Positions 9,342 to 19,074 are shown, counted from the stretch's first letter. The stretch is DNA of 64,000 bases from Candidatus Obscuribacterales bacterium (GCA_965228855.1 CBDDIJ010000003.1:1920001-1984000); one strand, 5' to 3'. Notes: a model not told the origin generated them from the letters alone. A program made the numbers and translations.

Positions 9342-11036
9342 ATGGTTGAGATCGCGCTCTTCGTTGTTGGAGCCTTCGTAAACCTCTTCTTTTACTATCG
9401 GCGCGGGCTGCGTTACCTCAGCTATTTCCAGCAGGAAGACTACACCGGTAAGCGCTTCATCAAGTGGCTTTTCGAGAAGAAGGCTTTCGATCGCAGAGGT
9501 TCAATTCCCTGCGTAATCATGCTGCTGGTTGCGATTCTAGCTAAAGACGTCTCTGCAGTTGTTCTCGGACTCTCCGTCGTGGCGCTGATTGCCATCGTTG
9601 CAATCGCTTTGAAGGAAGAAGATCCCAGGACTACCGGCAAAATCAAGTTAAACATGACCGCTCGCGCTAAGCGGATTTTCAAGCTAGCCTCCGCACTTTA
9701 TGTGGTGGCACTGGCGGCAGCAAGCGCGCTCTGGTACCACTTCGTTCTTCCACAAGGTCCAGGCATGGTCCTGCTTGCCTTTTGGGTCAATCAAATCCTG
9801 CTCATCCGCTCGCAACCACTGTTCCTGGTCGCGGCAAACTCAATGCTTCAGCCGTACGAGACTGGTCTGCAAGAAGGTTTCGCAAATGAAGCGCGCGCCC
9901 TTCTCAAAAAATATAACCCGACCGTAATTGGTATCACGGGCAGTTACGGAAAAACCAGCACTAAAATTATCCTTCGTGAAATTCTCAGCTCCGTAGCGCC
10001 AACCTTCGTGCCTCCCGGCAGCATCAACAGCTACATGGGCGTGACTCGCGAAATCCGAGAGAAGCTTCAACCGATTCATAAGTATGCGGTCATAGAGATG
10101 GGCGCATATTACATCGGCTCGATTCGGCGCATGTGCACGTTGACGCCGCCGAGTGCCGCGATCATCACCGCCATCGGTATCATGCACTTAGAACGATTCG
10201 GCGGGCAAGACTCTGTGTTGAAAGCCAAGTCAGAACTCGCCCAGGCGGTTCCCGAGGACGGTATTCTGGTGGTAAACGGCGACGACATCAACTGCCGCAG
10301 AATAGCTAAAGAGAACCCGAAGAAAACGGTCCTGCATTATGGCTGGGACGAAAGCAACGGTCCGCTCGACGCCATAATCTACGACGTCACGGCAAATGAT
10401 AAAGGCTCGAATTTCAAAATTCGCTACAAGGGCGAAGTATACGAAGGCTTTACGCAACTCCTTGGGAAACCGCTTCTATCGAATGCTCTTGCATCTTTCA
10501 CACTGGCCTGCGCCCTCGGCATAGCACCACAGACGGTGATATCCGCCATGAGAAATGTGCGGACTGAGAAAAACCGTTTAGAGCCGGTCAAGGTTCCGAT
10601 CAGCACTCTCAAGGTCAAGGAAAACGGCAATGGCGTAGCGCCTTCGCCTGGTGAGGTATTGCGTTTGAACGACGCGTACAACTCCAATCCAATAGGTTTC
10701 GCAGCGGCACTGGACGTTCTTGGACAAGTGTCGGGCGGTCGAAAAATTCTTGTAACTCCAGGCATGATCGAGCTGGGAGACAGACAAGAGATGGAAAACA
10801 AAAAGGCCGCTGAAAAGGCCGCCGGAGTTTGTGACCTCGTGCTAGTCGTCGGGGACACGAATCGGAAGGCACTGACAGATGGTCTGATAGCTGGCGGTCT
10901 CGATACACAGAAGTGCCAGAACTTCGATGACATGCATACGGCCTTGACGTATCTGTCGACTTTCTGCCAGGACGGTGATGTGGTTTTGATTGAAAACGAC
11001 CTGGGCGATCTCTACGAGGGACCGGTCACGTTCTAA
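9342..11036 (+). CDS. murF: MurF-family ligase with N-terminal transmembrane region
   Basis: About five hydrophobic segments in the first ~165 aa; GITGSYGKTSTK, EMGA, HLERFG, NDAYNSNP, TPGMIELG. Confidence 0.85.
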   Translation: MVEIALFVVGAFVNLFFYYRRGLRYLSYFQQEDYTGKRFIKWLFEKKAFDRRGSIPCVIMLLVAILAKDVSAVVLGLSVVALIAIVAIALKEEDPRTTGKIKLNMTARAKRIFKLASALYVVALAAASALWYHFVLPQGPGMVLLAFWVNQILLIRSQPLFLVAANSMLQPYETGLQEGFANEARALLKKYNPTVIGITGSYGKTSTKIILREILSSVAPTFVPPGSINSYMGVTREIREKLQPIHKYAVIEMGAYYIGSIRRMCTLTPPSAAIITAIGIMHLERFGGQDSVLKAKSELAQAVPEDGILVVNGDDINCRRIAKENPKKTVLHYGWDESNGPLDAIIYDVTANDKGSNFKIRYKGEVYEGFTQLLGKPLLSNALASFTLACALGIAPQTVISAMRNVRTEKNRLEPVKVPISTLKVKENGNGVAPSPGEVLRLNDAYNSNPIGFAAALDVLGQVSGGRKILVTPGMIELGDRQEMENKKAAEKAAGVCDLVLVVGDTNRKALTDGLIAGGLDTQKCQNFDDMHTALTYLSTFCQDGDVVLIENDLGDLYEGPVTF

Positions 11037-11087
11037 TGAGAACGTGATGACAAGCGGTTTTACGGCTCACAATGAAAGGACAGAACG

Positions 11088-12335
11088 ATGACCAACGGTA
11101 ACATGGGCAAAAAGACAGTAGCTGTAATGTTCGGCGGGCGCTCAACAGAACACGAAATCTCAATCATCACCGCACTACAAGTCATCGAAGCCATGGACGT
11201 GGTCAAATATCGCGCCATCCCTGTCTACATCGCACCTTCAGGGAAGTGGTACACAGGCGATGCGCTTATGAAACGCGAGTTCTACAAGGGCATGCCCGGC
11301 ACTTTGAGCGACGCTCAGGAAGTGACACTATTGCCGGTGCCAGGCGTCGGCGGTCTTACGGTGCTGGGTTCGAAGGCAGCAAAGAAAGGCGGCTTCTCGC
11401 TCTTCGGTGGCGGCGCAAAGAAAGACGACGCGGAAGAAGTAATTCCGGTCGATATCTGGTTCCCAAGTTTCCACGGCTCATTTGGCGAAGACGGCTGCAT
11501 ACAGGGTCTATTGGAACTGGCTGATGTGACCTACACAGGCAGCGACTTGCTATCATCAGCCATTTCGATGAGTAAATATCACTGCAAGAAGTTTCTGGAG
11601 AGCCACGGCATTCCAGTGCTGCCATCCGTGCTACTTTCACGCGACAGCATGGGCGCGGGCGCGGACCTCACCGCATTGCGTGACAAGGTTTTGTCCACAC
11701 CAGGATTCGATAAGTTTCCGCTATTTATAAAACCGGCCAATTTAGGCTCAAGTATCGGTATCGCAAAAGCCACTGACAATGCTTCTCTCGACTCGGCGAT
11801 GCTGCAAGCCTTCAAATACGACCATCAAATTCTCGTCGAGCCGTGTCTCGACAACAAGCTTGAAATCAACGTCTCCATCATGGACGACGTAGAGCCGAAA
11901 GTTTCTGTAGTCGAAATTCCCGTATCGCAAGCTGGCGAAGAGCTGACCTACGAGGACAAGTACATCAGATCCGGTGGCAAGAAAGGCGGTCAAATAGCTC
12001 AGGGAATGGCAGGATTGAGCCGCGTCATAGACCCAACCGATCTAGATCCTGTAATTAAAAACGGTGCGCAAGACCACACGAAAAACGCCTTCAGATATCT
12101 CGGCTGCGGCGGCGTTGCCCGCATCGATTTCATGCTCGATTTGAACACCAACAATCTCTACTTCAACGAAATCAACCCGCTGCCAGGTTCGCTGGCATAT
12201 TACTTGTGGTCGAACTCGAAACCTTCGGTTCTCTTTACCGACCTGATTTCGACAATGATCGAACGAGCGATTTACAATAAACAGAAGAAAGCCGTCTTGG
12301 TCCGCGAGATAGGTTTTCACGCGCTGCTGAAATAA
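11088..12335 (+). CDS. ddl: D-alanine--D-alanine ligase family protein
   Basis: FGGRSTEHEIS, HGSFGEDG.IQG, KPANLGSSIG, YEDKY, RIDF, NEINPLPG. Confidence 0.9.
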   Translation: MTNGNMGKKTVAVMFGGRSTEHEISIITALQVIEAMDVVKYRAIPVYIAPSGKWYTGDALMKREFYKGMPGTLSDAQEVTLLPVPGVGGLTVLGSKAAKKGGFSLFGGGAKKDDAEEVIPVDIWFPSFHGSFGEDGCIQGLLELADVTYTGSDLLSSAISMSKYHCKKFLESHGIPVLPSVLLSRDSMGAGADLTALRDKVLSTPGFDKFPLFIKPANLGSSIGIAKATDNASLDSAMLQAFKYDHQILVEPCLDNKLEINVSIMDDVEPKVSVVEIPVSQAGEELTYEDKYIRSGGKKGGQIAQGMAGLSRVIDPTDLDPVIKNGAQDHTKNAFRYLGCGGVARIDFMLDLNTNNLYFNEINPLPGSLAYYLWSNSKPSVLFTDLISTMIERAIYNKQKKAVLVREIGFHALLK

Positions 12336-12404
12336 ATTCCAGCTAGCAGCTTCACCTCTCCTGCTACCATTTTCACCTCTCCAGTTAGCGGTTTCGATTC
12401 TAAG

Positions 12405-12800
12405 TCACTGCTGAAGATACCCACCGGTTTGCGGCATCTTCCAATCGTCGGCGCCAATTTCGCGACCGGTCGGCGACATCGCCAGACTACGGACAACCGT
12501 ATCAGTGGTGGGATTGGTGACGACTTCCAGACGCCAATAGATCGAAATTAGCTTCCCCGAAAAACTATACGGACCAGCTGGAAAGCGTAACTCGAAAGGA
12601 GTTTTTCTGTAACCGCCAGGTTTTTCAATGACAATCGAATCAACCATACCCGTGTCAGAATCACCTTTTCCAGTAGTCTTCCAGATCAAGCGAATCTCTA
12701 TAGCCTTAACATCACGCTCGAATTGCCACTCGACAGTACCTCGCACTACCTCACCGGGCAGGTAATTATGCTTATTTTCATCAAGTGTGACTTCAATCAT
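12405..12800 (-). CDS. Arrestin/SpoOM-like beta-sandwich protein
   Basis: Y.PGE.V.G.V.W, IEIRLIW.T.GKG, PYSFSGKLISIYW.L pattern; ATG overlaps the upstream stop. Confidence 0.6.
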   Translation of the reverse strand: MIEVTLDENKHNYLPGEVVRGTVEWQFERDVKAIEIRLIWKTTGKGDSDTGMVDSIVIEKPGGYRKTPFELRFPAGPYSFSGKLISIYWRLEVVTNPTTDTVVRSLAMSPTGREIGADDWKMPQTGGYLQQ

Positions 12801-13710
12801 TGGGCACCTCCGGCGGTACCAGAATGATCGGATAACTGTCATTTGTGTCCGGCCAAAACGGCACAACACCCTCAACCTTCATCTCCCAGAAGATTGAATT
12901 CGAGCCAGCTTCGAACGTGTGCATCGCAAGAGCCGGAATATCGATCGAAGTCTTGCCCTCGCGGATCTTCTTCTGTTCCTCGGTGTACATGATGGAGACT
13001 TCGCCAAGCACAGAATCATCGGTATAGGTTGTCGTACCGCGCGTGTAACGTGTTCGTTCCTTACCGACCAGAGTGATCTGCATATTCGACATCTGACCTA
13101 TGCCGCTAGTCGTCCAGCGAACTTGAAGCGCGCTACCTAACGGAATCACGCTAGATGGAACCGTGATACGCACTCTGGGTCCTATCGCCTTGAGCCAGTA
13201 GTACAGCGTCGGCACGACAGGCAATAAACCGACAAACGCGAGAATCATACCAAGAGACATATCCACTGAAAGCGCGTGCATGGTCCCGAAGATCCACATG
13301 GCACTAAATAAAGTTCCAAAGATCAGGAAACCTCCGACGCGCGGACGAGACTTGAGTACTACCCCCCAGGTTCCATCCTTCAACCTGACAGGATCAAGTT
13401 CTTGTCTCGCCTCCGTGAGGTTGCCACTTCCCGCATAGCCTGGAATTCCGGAGCGACGCTTGATACCGCCCACAGTGGCTGGAGAAACGGCGTTCCATGA
13501 AGCCTTGATCCCTCTCAAGGTTATCAGCGTAGCCGGGATAATTATAAACCAGCGGAACTCACCGAAATCCCATACCACCGCTAAAGTAATCCCTAAAAAC
13601 ACAAGCGGAAAGAGAACCGTAATCAGCCGCTGAACAGGGAAAAGGCGATCTCGCAGTTGGTCCCGCGGCAACGATTTCAGCTTGCTAAGCTCATCTTTAT
13701 TCACCGACAC
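12793..13710 (-). CDS. Membrane protein (4 TM) with C-terminal arrestin-like beta domain
   Basis: Two hydrophobic hairpins, then I.LG..LQVRW...ITLVGKE.TRYTRGT...HTFEAGSN.IFWEMKV. Confidence 0.6.
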   Translation of the reverse strand: MSVNKDELSKLKSLPRDQLRDRLFPVQRLITVLFPLVFLGITLAVVWDFGEFRWFIIIPATLITLRGIKASWNAVSPATVGGIKRRSGIPGYAGSGNLTEARQELDPVRLKDGTWGVVLKSRPRVGGFLIFGTLFSAMWIFGTMHALSVDMSLGMILAFVGLLPVVPTLYYWLKAIGPRVRITVPSSVIPLGSALQVRWTTSGIGQMSNMQITLVGKERTRYTRGTTTYTDDSVLGEVSIMYTEEQKKIREGKTSIDIPALAMHTFEAGSNSIFWEMKVEGVVPFWPDTNDSYPIILVPPEVPND

Positions 13711-14285
13711 ACCTCGCTGCGAGGCAAGTCCGCAAAATAATCATAAAGGTCGCGCATACAATCCCTGATGTTTCCGCCGTGACGGGAAAACAATTGCTCG
13801 AGAAAACCGGCTGGCAGTCTAGCTTTATGCTCGGCATTCAACATCTGATCTATGAGGCTCTCGAACAAAGGAAAAGTGGTTTTGCACTCATGCAGAATTG
13901 GCCAGCGTCCCGGCTCATGCTCCACTATCACTATGCCTGCAGCGTCTCGACACTTAAATTGAAACGCAATCCAGACAAACCACGGCAAACGCTCCTTCCC
14001 GTCAAGCAGAACATAGACGCCTTTCGTGTTACTGTGCCAAAACGCGTGAGGAATCCAGGAATACGCCTGATTGACCAGTAGACGCATCACAGTGAAACCG
14101 CGTGATTGAAGATACTGCTCAAGGTCCTCTACTAATGTGGTCTTGCCATTCCCATGCTGTCCTACGATGGAAGCACGTGCACCGAGCGCGTGCAGTCTTT
14201 CCAAAAGCGCACCGCATGTGCCATCAAGGCGATAACGAAGCTCGGATACTCTCTCAGTGGAAAACGGATTTTCACGCGGTTTCAT
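13701..14285 (-). CDS. Small P-loop ATPase (AAA-like)
   Basis: N-terminal RENPF, Walker A GQHGNGKT, Walker B-like VLLDG.E, C-terminal HGGNIR...LYD. Confidence 0.75.
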   Translation of the reverse strand: MKPRENPFSTERVSELRYRLDGTCGALLERLHALGARASIVGQHGNGKTTLVEDLEQYLQSRGFTVMRLLVNQAYSWIPHAFWHSNTKGVYVLLDGKERLPWFVWIAFQFKCRDAAGIVIVEHEPGRWPILHECKTTFPLFESLIDQMLNAEHKARLPAGFLEQLFSRHGGNIRDCMRDLYDYFADLPRSEVCR

Positions 14286-14297
14286 GAGAGACGACCT

Positions 14298-15578
14298 TTA
14301 ACCTCTACCGGTTATCCATCGAACGAGCCGCTGCCAGACAGATACTTCATTATGATGAGACATCGTGTCTTTCAAACTTCTTGTAGTTGATAAGCTTTCC
14401 TTTGTTGCCACCTTCTCTCGTGCACTATGAGTAGTATCACCTTCTCCGGCGTCGTGATACTTCGGCATCCGTTGATTGGACTGCTTCTGCCTGCTGACGT
14501 TTTCAAATATCTTGGAAATCGAGCTTGGCACTTCATCGTCAGTGAATACTTGAGCCTCGGGACCGCGCTGTGACGGCAAGCTTTTAGACGCCGACTCCGC
14601 AGCCTTCAAACCAGTCCTCATAATCTTTTGACTGACGAACTGATCCTCGTGGTTCTCAGCGGGCGCATCAAACACTTCATCGGGAATTTCAAAATCAGGA
14701 TGTATACTCTGATAGATTTTGTAGAGGGTGTGTCGCACAGCCCGCGCATTCGGAGGTCGCTCCGATGGACTGTGCGCCGTTAGCGAAGATATCAACGCAT
14801 CAAAAGTCTCATTGATCTCCGCGCCTTGCTGACTTGGAACGCTTGTAATCAAAGGTCTGGGACGAACGCCGGTAACAAGGTGCGCAAGCGTCGCTCCCAG
14901 CGCATACAAATCGCTTCTGACCTCGGGTTTGCCGAAATACTGCTCCGGCGGAGAATAGCCGGCAGTGACAACACGAGTGGCGGTGGTGGACGGCATAAGC
15001 ACACGAGCAATACCGAAGTCGATAAAAATAACCTGCCCCTCGGGCGTGAGCATGAGATTGCTCGGCTTCAAGTCGCGATAGATAATCGACGGCTTCTCAG
15101 GCGACTGATCTTCGTGCAGATATTCCAGAACTTCGCAAATCTGAATGCCGACTTTGACCGCGTCATCCTCGTTGAATGGACCGTAACTTTGAATCGTGGT
15201 CTCTAGATTATTGCCCGTGATGTAGTCCATCACCAGGAAGTAGCGTCCATCGTTGGTGACATGCCAGTCTCTAAACGGCACAATGCCTGCGTGATCGAGG
15301 TTGCGCAAAATTTCGACTTCACGAAGAAACAGCCTGCGAGCCTCCTCAAGCTCTTCTTCCGACCTGTTCGGATCGCTGCGCAACTGTTTAATTACACATC
15401 TGGCATTGTTATGAAGCTTTGCCTCGGCCAGGTAAACGGTTCCCATACCGCCCTCAGCAAGCGGTTGAAGCCACTCAAATTCACCGTAAAAATCGCGCTC
15501 GGCAGGCGTCACAAAAGGAACAACTCCAGGTCCGTAGTCCACAAACAACATACCCCGAACGGCCTGTCTCCCGGGCAA
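14298..15578 (-). CDS. Hanks-type Ser/Thr protein kinase
   Basis: GGMGTVY, VIK, YRDLKPSN, DFGIAR, GYSPPEQ, SDLYALG. Confidence 0.95.
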   Translation of the reverse strand: MPGRQAVRGMLFVDYGPGVVPFVTPAERDFYGEFEWLQPLAEGGMGTVYLAEAKLHNNARCVIKQLRSDPNRSEEELEEARRLFLREVEILRNLDHAGIVPFRDWHVTNDGRYFLVMDYITGNNLETTIQSYGPFNEDDAVKVGIQICEVLEYLHEDQSPEKPSIIYRDLKPSNLMLTPEGQVIFIDFGIARVLMPSTTATRVVTAGYSPPEQYFGKPEVRSDLYALGATLAHLVTGVRPRPLITSVPSQQGAEINETFDALISSLTAHSPSERPPNARAVRHTLYKIYQSIHPDFEIPDEVFDAPAENHEDQFVSQKIMRTGLKAAESASKSLPSQRGPEAQVFTDDEVPSSISKIFENVSRQKQSNQRMPKYHDAGEGDTTHSAREKVATKESLSTTRSLKDTMSHHNEVSVWQRLVRWITGRG

Positions 15579-15712
15579 TTGATGTAGAGGATCTTCTTAT
15601 CAGCTTAATGTCTAGATCTAACTCTTATCCCTTATATGCAAGAGCGAAACCGAAAGCAGCCGCCCAGCGCTGTTTTCGAGATTTTTCAAAATAAACCAAA
15701 TTACCAGACGTC

Positions 15713-15747
15713 CGTATGTTGACATACGCTTGTATGGTGTTTATGAT
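15713..15747 (+). promoter_or_regulatory. ssb sigma-70 promoter with overlapping inverted repeats
   Basis: TTGACA (15719)-17 nt-TATGAT (15742); CGTATG-ttga-CATACG and CATAC-gctt-GTATG overlap the -35 and spacer. Confidence 0.65.
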
Positions 15748-15814
15748 GTTCGCATCTCCCCAATTGAACCAAATGTAATTCAAACCCAGAGGCGCTATCG
15801 CCAGGAGGTAAGAC

Positions 15815-16480
15815 ATGAGTCTCGCGACTATTTCAATTGTGGGAAACCTAGCGAAAGAGCCCGAACTATTCAATTTGAATAACGGGCAAAAGAAAACCAC
15901 TTTAGTGCTAGCGGTAAACTCCTTCAAAACTGACAAGAACAAAAGAGAGAAGCGTACCGACTACTACAAAGTGGAGACCTGGGACCGGCTTGCAGACTTA
16001 GCCAACACCTATCTGCATAAAGGTAACCAGGTGACCGTATCGGGCAAATTCGTTATGGAAAAATGGGTCGACCGTGAAGGGAACAGCAGGATCACCCCTA
16101 CAGTTCAAGCAAATCAACTTGCCTTTCCTCCGCGGCAAAGACCCTCCGATTCCGAGCCGAGAAGAAGCGAAGTAATTTCCCGTGATGCAAGCACGGGATC
16201 CGTACTCGACGCCGTGCCTTTGGAAGCTGGTATGGTGCAGGACGAGGTTCAGACCGCCCCTCGTCCTGCAGTCGAGAACTCTGATTCACACTACGATGAG
16301 CCTGGTAACTCTGAGGAAAGTGAAGAAGAGAATGCAGATGGAGAGTCGCAAGACGAACCTGATGATGACTCGGTAAATGCTATCGCAACTTTAGACGGCA
16401 CTGTTGTTTCCGTTCCTCCCGACGATGATTCCGCAGCACTGTCTTATCAAAAGGCTTCCGAAATCAAAATGTCGGCGTAG
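15815..16480 (+). CDS. ssb: Single-stranded DNA-binding protein
   Basis: OB-fold IVGNLAKEPEL...TW..LAD....YL.KG.QV.V.G....KW.DREG; AGGAGG RBS; long acidic tail. Confidence 0.9.
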   Translation: MSLATISIVGNLAKEPELFNLNNGQKKTTLVLAVNSFKTDKNKREKRTDYYKVETWDRLADLANTYLHKGNQVTVSGKFVMEKWVDREGNSRITPTVQANQLAFPPRQRPSDSEPRRSEVISRDASTGSVLDAVPLEAGMVQDEVQTAPRPAVENSDSHYDEPGNSEESEEENADGESQDEPDDDSVNAIATLDGTVVSVPPDDDSAALSYQKASEIKMSA

Positions 16481-16525
16481 TAATACTCCGACGAAGCTTT
16501 TCCACACACTGTGCGACTGAGAGTT

Positions 16526-16560
16526 GAGAGGGGAAAGATTCTGCCTCCTTTCCCCTTCTC
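16526..16560. terminator. Hairpin downstream of ssb (possible terminator)
   Basis: GAGAGGGGAAAG...CTTTCCCCTTCTC stem between convergent genes; no clear poly-T tail. Confidence 0.45.
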
Positions 16561-16866
16561 TCCCTCTCCCTTACTCGTCAACCTGCATCAAAAAAGTAAA
16601 TGACAAAGCGACCCAGGTCCGGGTCCACGCTCGATGTCCGCGCTTGTGCACGCGTGCAGTGCAATTCGTGAGAACGAGGTGGGATACCACCGTGGGTTTA
16701 GCTTTTTCTACTTAGAGAAGAGGCATCTGCCAGTTGCTCTCTGAAATGAGAAGGAGCAGAGCCGTAACCACATACGGTGTCGTTACAGCATCGTGCATTT
16801 GCATGAACCGGTCTGTAGATCGCATTTCAAAATGGCAAGGAGCCCAGAAAATTTATGTCAATAAAT

Positions 16867-18108
16867 TCAGTTCTGAAACATGTCGATAGCCGGCCATTCT
16901 TTGATGTTATTCAGCACAGCTCTGATCGACTTCAATGTTGGTGGAAGCGGATTCACCTTACTGCCATCGGGCGAAGAGCCGCCGTTAAACATCAAGCAAA
17001 AATCAGTATTGTTAGGAAGGTGAACAATTTGAGTATGAACGCCCGGCTTGCCACCATTCTTGGTGAATGTCACACCTTGTGGTGTCATGCGCACAGAGTC
17101 CATTCCCAGACCAAAGTGACTGCCGCCAGGATCGCTTTGCATTGGCGGTGGAAGAGGCGCAATCATCTGCTCGAAAGAACTTTGAGAAATTCCCTGCATG
17201 CGACTTCCGTCAAGGGCAGTCAACAGCTTCACCATATCAACGGACGACGCCATCCAATTTCCAAAGTCGGGCATCAAAGGCACATTAAGTTGTCCTCCCG
17301 CAATCGCGTGCGGTGGATAGCCCACATAGCGGCTCGCCTGACCAGGGACCATGCCGCGCGATTCCGCACACATATCTTGAATGCCAATCGCACTGAGCTG
17401 CTCTTGCATGTACTGCGCGTAGGGCTGCTGAGCAGCGCACTCAATCACGTACTTGATCAAATTCCATTGACCGTTAGCGTACTTCGCTTGCGTACCCGGA
17501 GGATAGTCGAGTGGTGTCGCCAACAATACGCGCACCGCTTCACGATACGGAAGCCCTTGCGGAGCCAGCGCCTGCACTTCTCTACCAGCTTTAACGAATC
17601 CTGAATCGTCATTCCAGCCGCCGGAATGATGCAACAACTGACGCACCGTGATCTGCGCCACCAGTGGATCTGCCTGCATTCCGCGCACCAGATTTGGCCG
17701 ACCGATGACTGTGTAAAAGGGTGTGTCCAGATCTAGCCGACCTTGATCGACAAGCCTCAAAACGCCAAACATCGAAACTGCTTTTGTGCAACTCGCAAGA
17801 TTGAACAATGTAGCAGGCGTAACCGGTTCTTGCGTACGCAAATTTGCAACGCCAAACCCTTTTGCATAAACCAACTTCCCGTTGTGTGCCACCGCCAGCG
17901 ATGCACCCGGGATGTAATACTGCTGTAGAGCACCGTTGACGATGTCGTCGAGCTGAGACAGATTTGCCGGTCTCTGCGAAACCACCGCGGGACCATCGTC
18001 AAAAACTGGTGGCGCAAACGAATCGTCGCCATCACCTCCAGAGTCCTGCCCGTGCGCAGCTAGCGGGAGGAGAAACGTGAGCGCTAAAAGTAAGAGTAGT
18101 TTTTGCAT
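16867..18108 (-). CDS. Serine hydrolase, beta-lactamase class C/PBP-like family, secreted
   Basis: Signal peptide from ATG 18108; SCTK (SxxK), LLHHSGG, YAN (YxN), KNGG. Confidence 0.9.
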   Translation of the reverse strand: MQKLLLLLALTFLLPLAAHGQDSGGDGDDSFAPPVFDDGPAVVSQRPANLSQLDDIVNGALQQYYIPGASLAVAHNGKLVYAKGFGVANLRTQEPVTPATLFNLASCTKAVSMFGVLRLVDQGRLDLDTPFYTVIGRPNLVRGMQADPLVAQITVRQLLHHSGGWNDDSGFVKAGREVQALAPQGLPYREAVRVLLATPLDYPPGTQAKYANGQWNLIKYVIECAAQQPYAQYMQEQLSAIGIQDMCAESRGMVPGQASRYVGYPPHAIAGGQLNVPLMPDFGNWMASSVDMVKLLTALDGSRMQGISQSSFEQMIAPLPPPMQSDPGGSHFGLGMDSVRMTPQGVTFTKNGGKPGVHTQIVHLPNNTDFCLMFNGGSSPDGSKVNPLPPTLKSIRAVLNNIKEWPAIDMFQN

Positions 18109-18178
18109 GCGTCTATTAAACCCAAATCTGCCGTACACGATATCATTTAGAGCTAGAACTTGATCAGGGAAACTAAGT

Positions 18179-18709
18179 ATGGCGAAATTCGTTTTCAGCA
18201 TGAACCAGTCGCTCGACGGCTACGTCGACCATACGGAATTCATGCCTAGCCCGCATCTTTTTCGCCACTTCGTTGAGAAAGTACGAGGTTTAACAGGAAG
18301 CGTTTATGGTAGCCGCATTTACGAGCTTATGCGCTACTGGGATGAGGAGCGTCCTGAATGGAACGACGACGAACGTGAATTCGCAGTAGTTTGGCGAAGG
18401 CAACCCAAATGGGTTGTATCGAATTCGCTTAAGTCAGTTGGTCCGAACGCGACTCTCATCTCAACTGACATGGAAACGGAACTCCGACGATTAAAGGAGG
18501 AACTCAAAGGCGAGATCGATGTCGCAGGTCCGGTGCTGGCACGCAGCTTAACCAATCTTGGTCTCATTGACGAGTATCGAATCTATCTCCACCCATACGT
18601 GCTGGGTAAAGGAAGTCCGTTCTTCGCGGGTCCACGTCCGCCACTCCGCCTCAAGGCGAGTGAACAAGTAGACGAGAATGTTATGAAACTAACATATGAG
18701 CCGATTTGA
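18179..18709 (+). CDS. Dihydrofolate reductase-like (RibD C-terminal) family protein
   Basis: SLDGYV, YG.R.YE.M.YW, GLIDEYR...HP.VLG.G.PFF. Confidence 0.88.
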   Translation: MAKFVFSMNQSLDGYVDHTEFMPSPHLFRHFVEKVRGLTGSVYGSRIYELMRYWDEERPEWNDDEREFAVVWRRQPKWVVSNSLKSVGPNATLISTDMETELRRLKEELKGEIDVAGPVLARSLTNLGLIDEYRIYLHPYVLGKGSPFFAGPRPPLRLKASEQVDENVMKLTYEPI

Positions 18710-18771
18710 CGCGTTCAATCTCGGAGCATAATTCTATTCAACCTAAGCAAAAAGTGGAGTCTGAATTCTGA

Positions 18772-19074
18772 CTATCGACTCAAGCCGAAAACAGTTCCAG
18801 CCGTTGCGCAAAACACCGCCGCGATTACCGCCCATTGCCAGAGCGGTCTGGCTGCCCTGAGCTTCCATGTCGGTGCATTCTTGAGAATGGCATCTCGACA
18901 CATCAATGGAATTACAAGAATAGCAACAATCGCCACAATAACTGGGCTGCCAAAAATCCGCCATGCTAGCTCTTCCAGGCGATTCTTGCTGCCGCTTATT
19001 GTCGAACTCAGAGCTACATAGGCGGACGCGATGCCCCAGGCCATCAGAAGACCTTCAAACAGCTGTGTATACAT
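18772..19074 (-). CDS. Small membrane protein
   Basis: 100-aa ORF with three hydrophobic segments. Confidence 0.55.
   Translation of the reverse strand: MYTQLFEGLLMAWGIASAYVALSSTISGSKNRLEELAWRIFGSPVIVAIVAILVIPLMCRDAILKNAPTWKLRAARPLWQWAVIAAVFCATAGTVFGLSR

Noticed and set aside
7512..12335. van-type glycopeptide resistance cluster
   Set aside because: Ddl keeps the Tyr-containing YEDKY loop typical of D-Ala-D-Ala ligases, and there is no VanH dehydrogenase or VanRS.
16526..16580. Group II intron domain VI-like end (...CCCTTACTCG)
   Set aside because: No domain V consensus upstream and no RT gene.
16855..17604. 249-aa plus-strand ORF
   Set aside because: Antisense shadow of the serine hydrolase gene; the same applies to most nested ORFs in the track, e.g. 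37773-38504 and 52201-52818.
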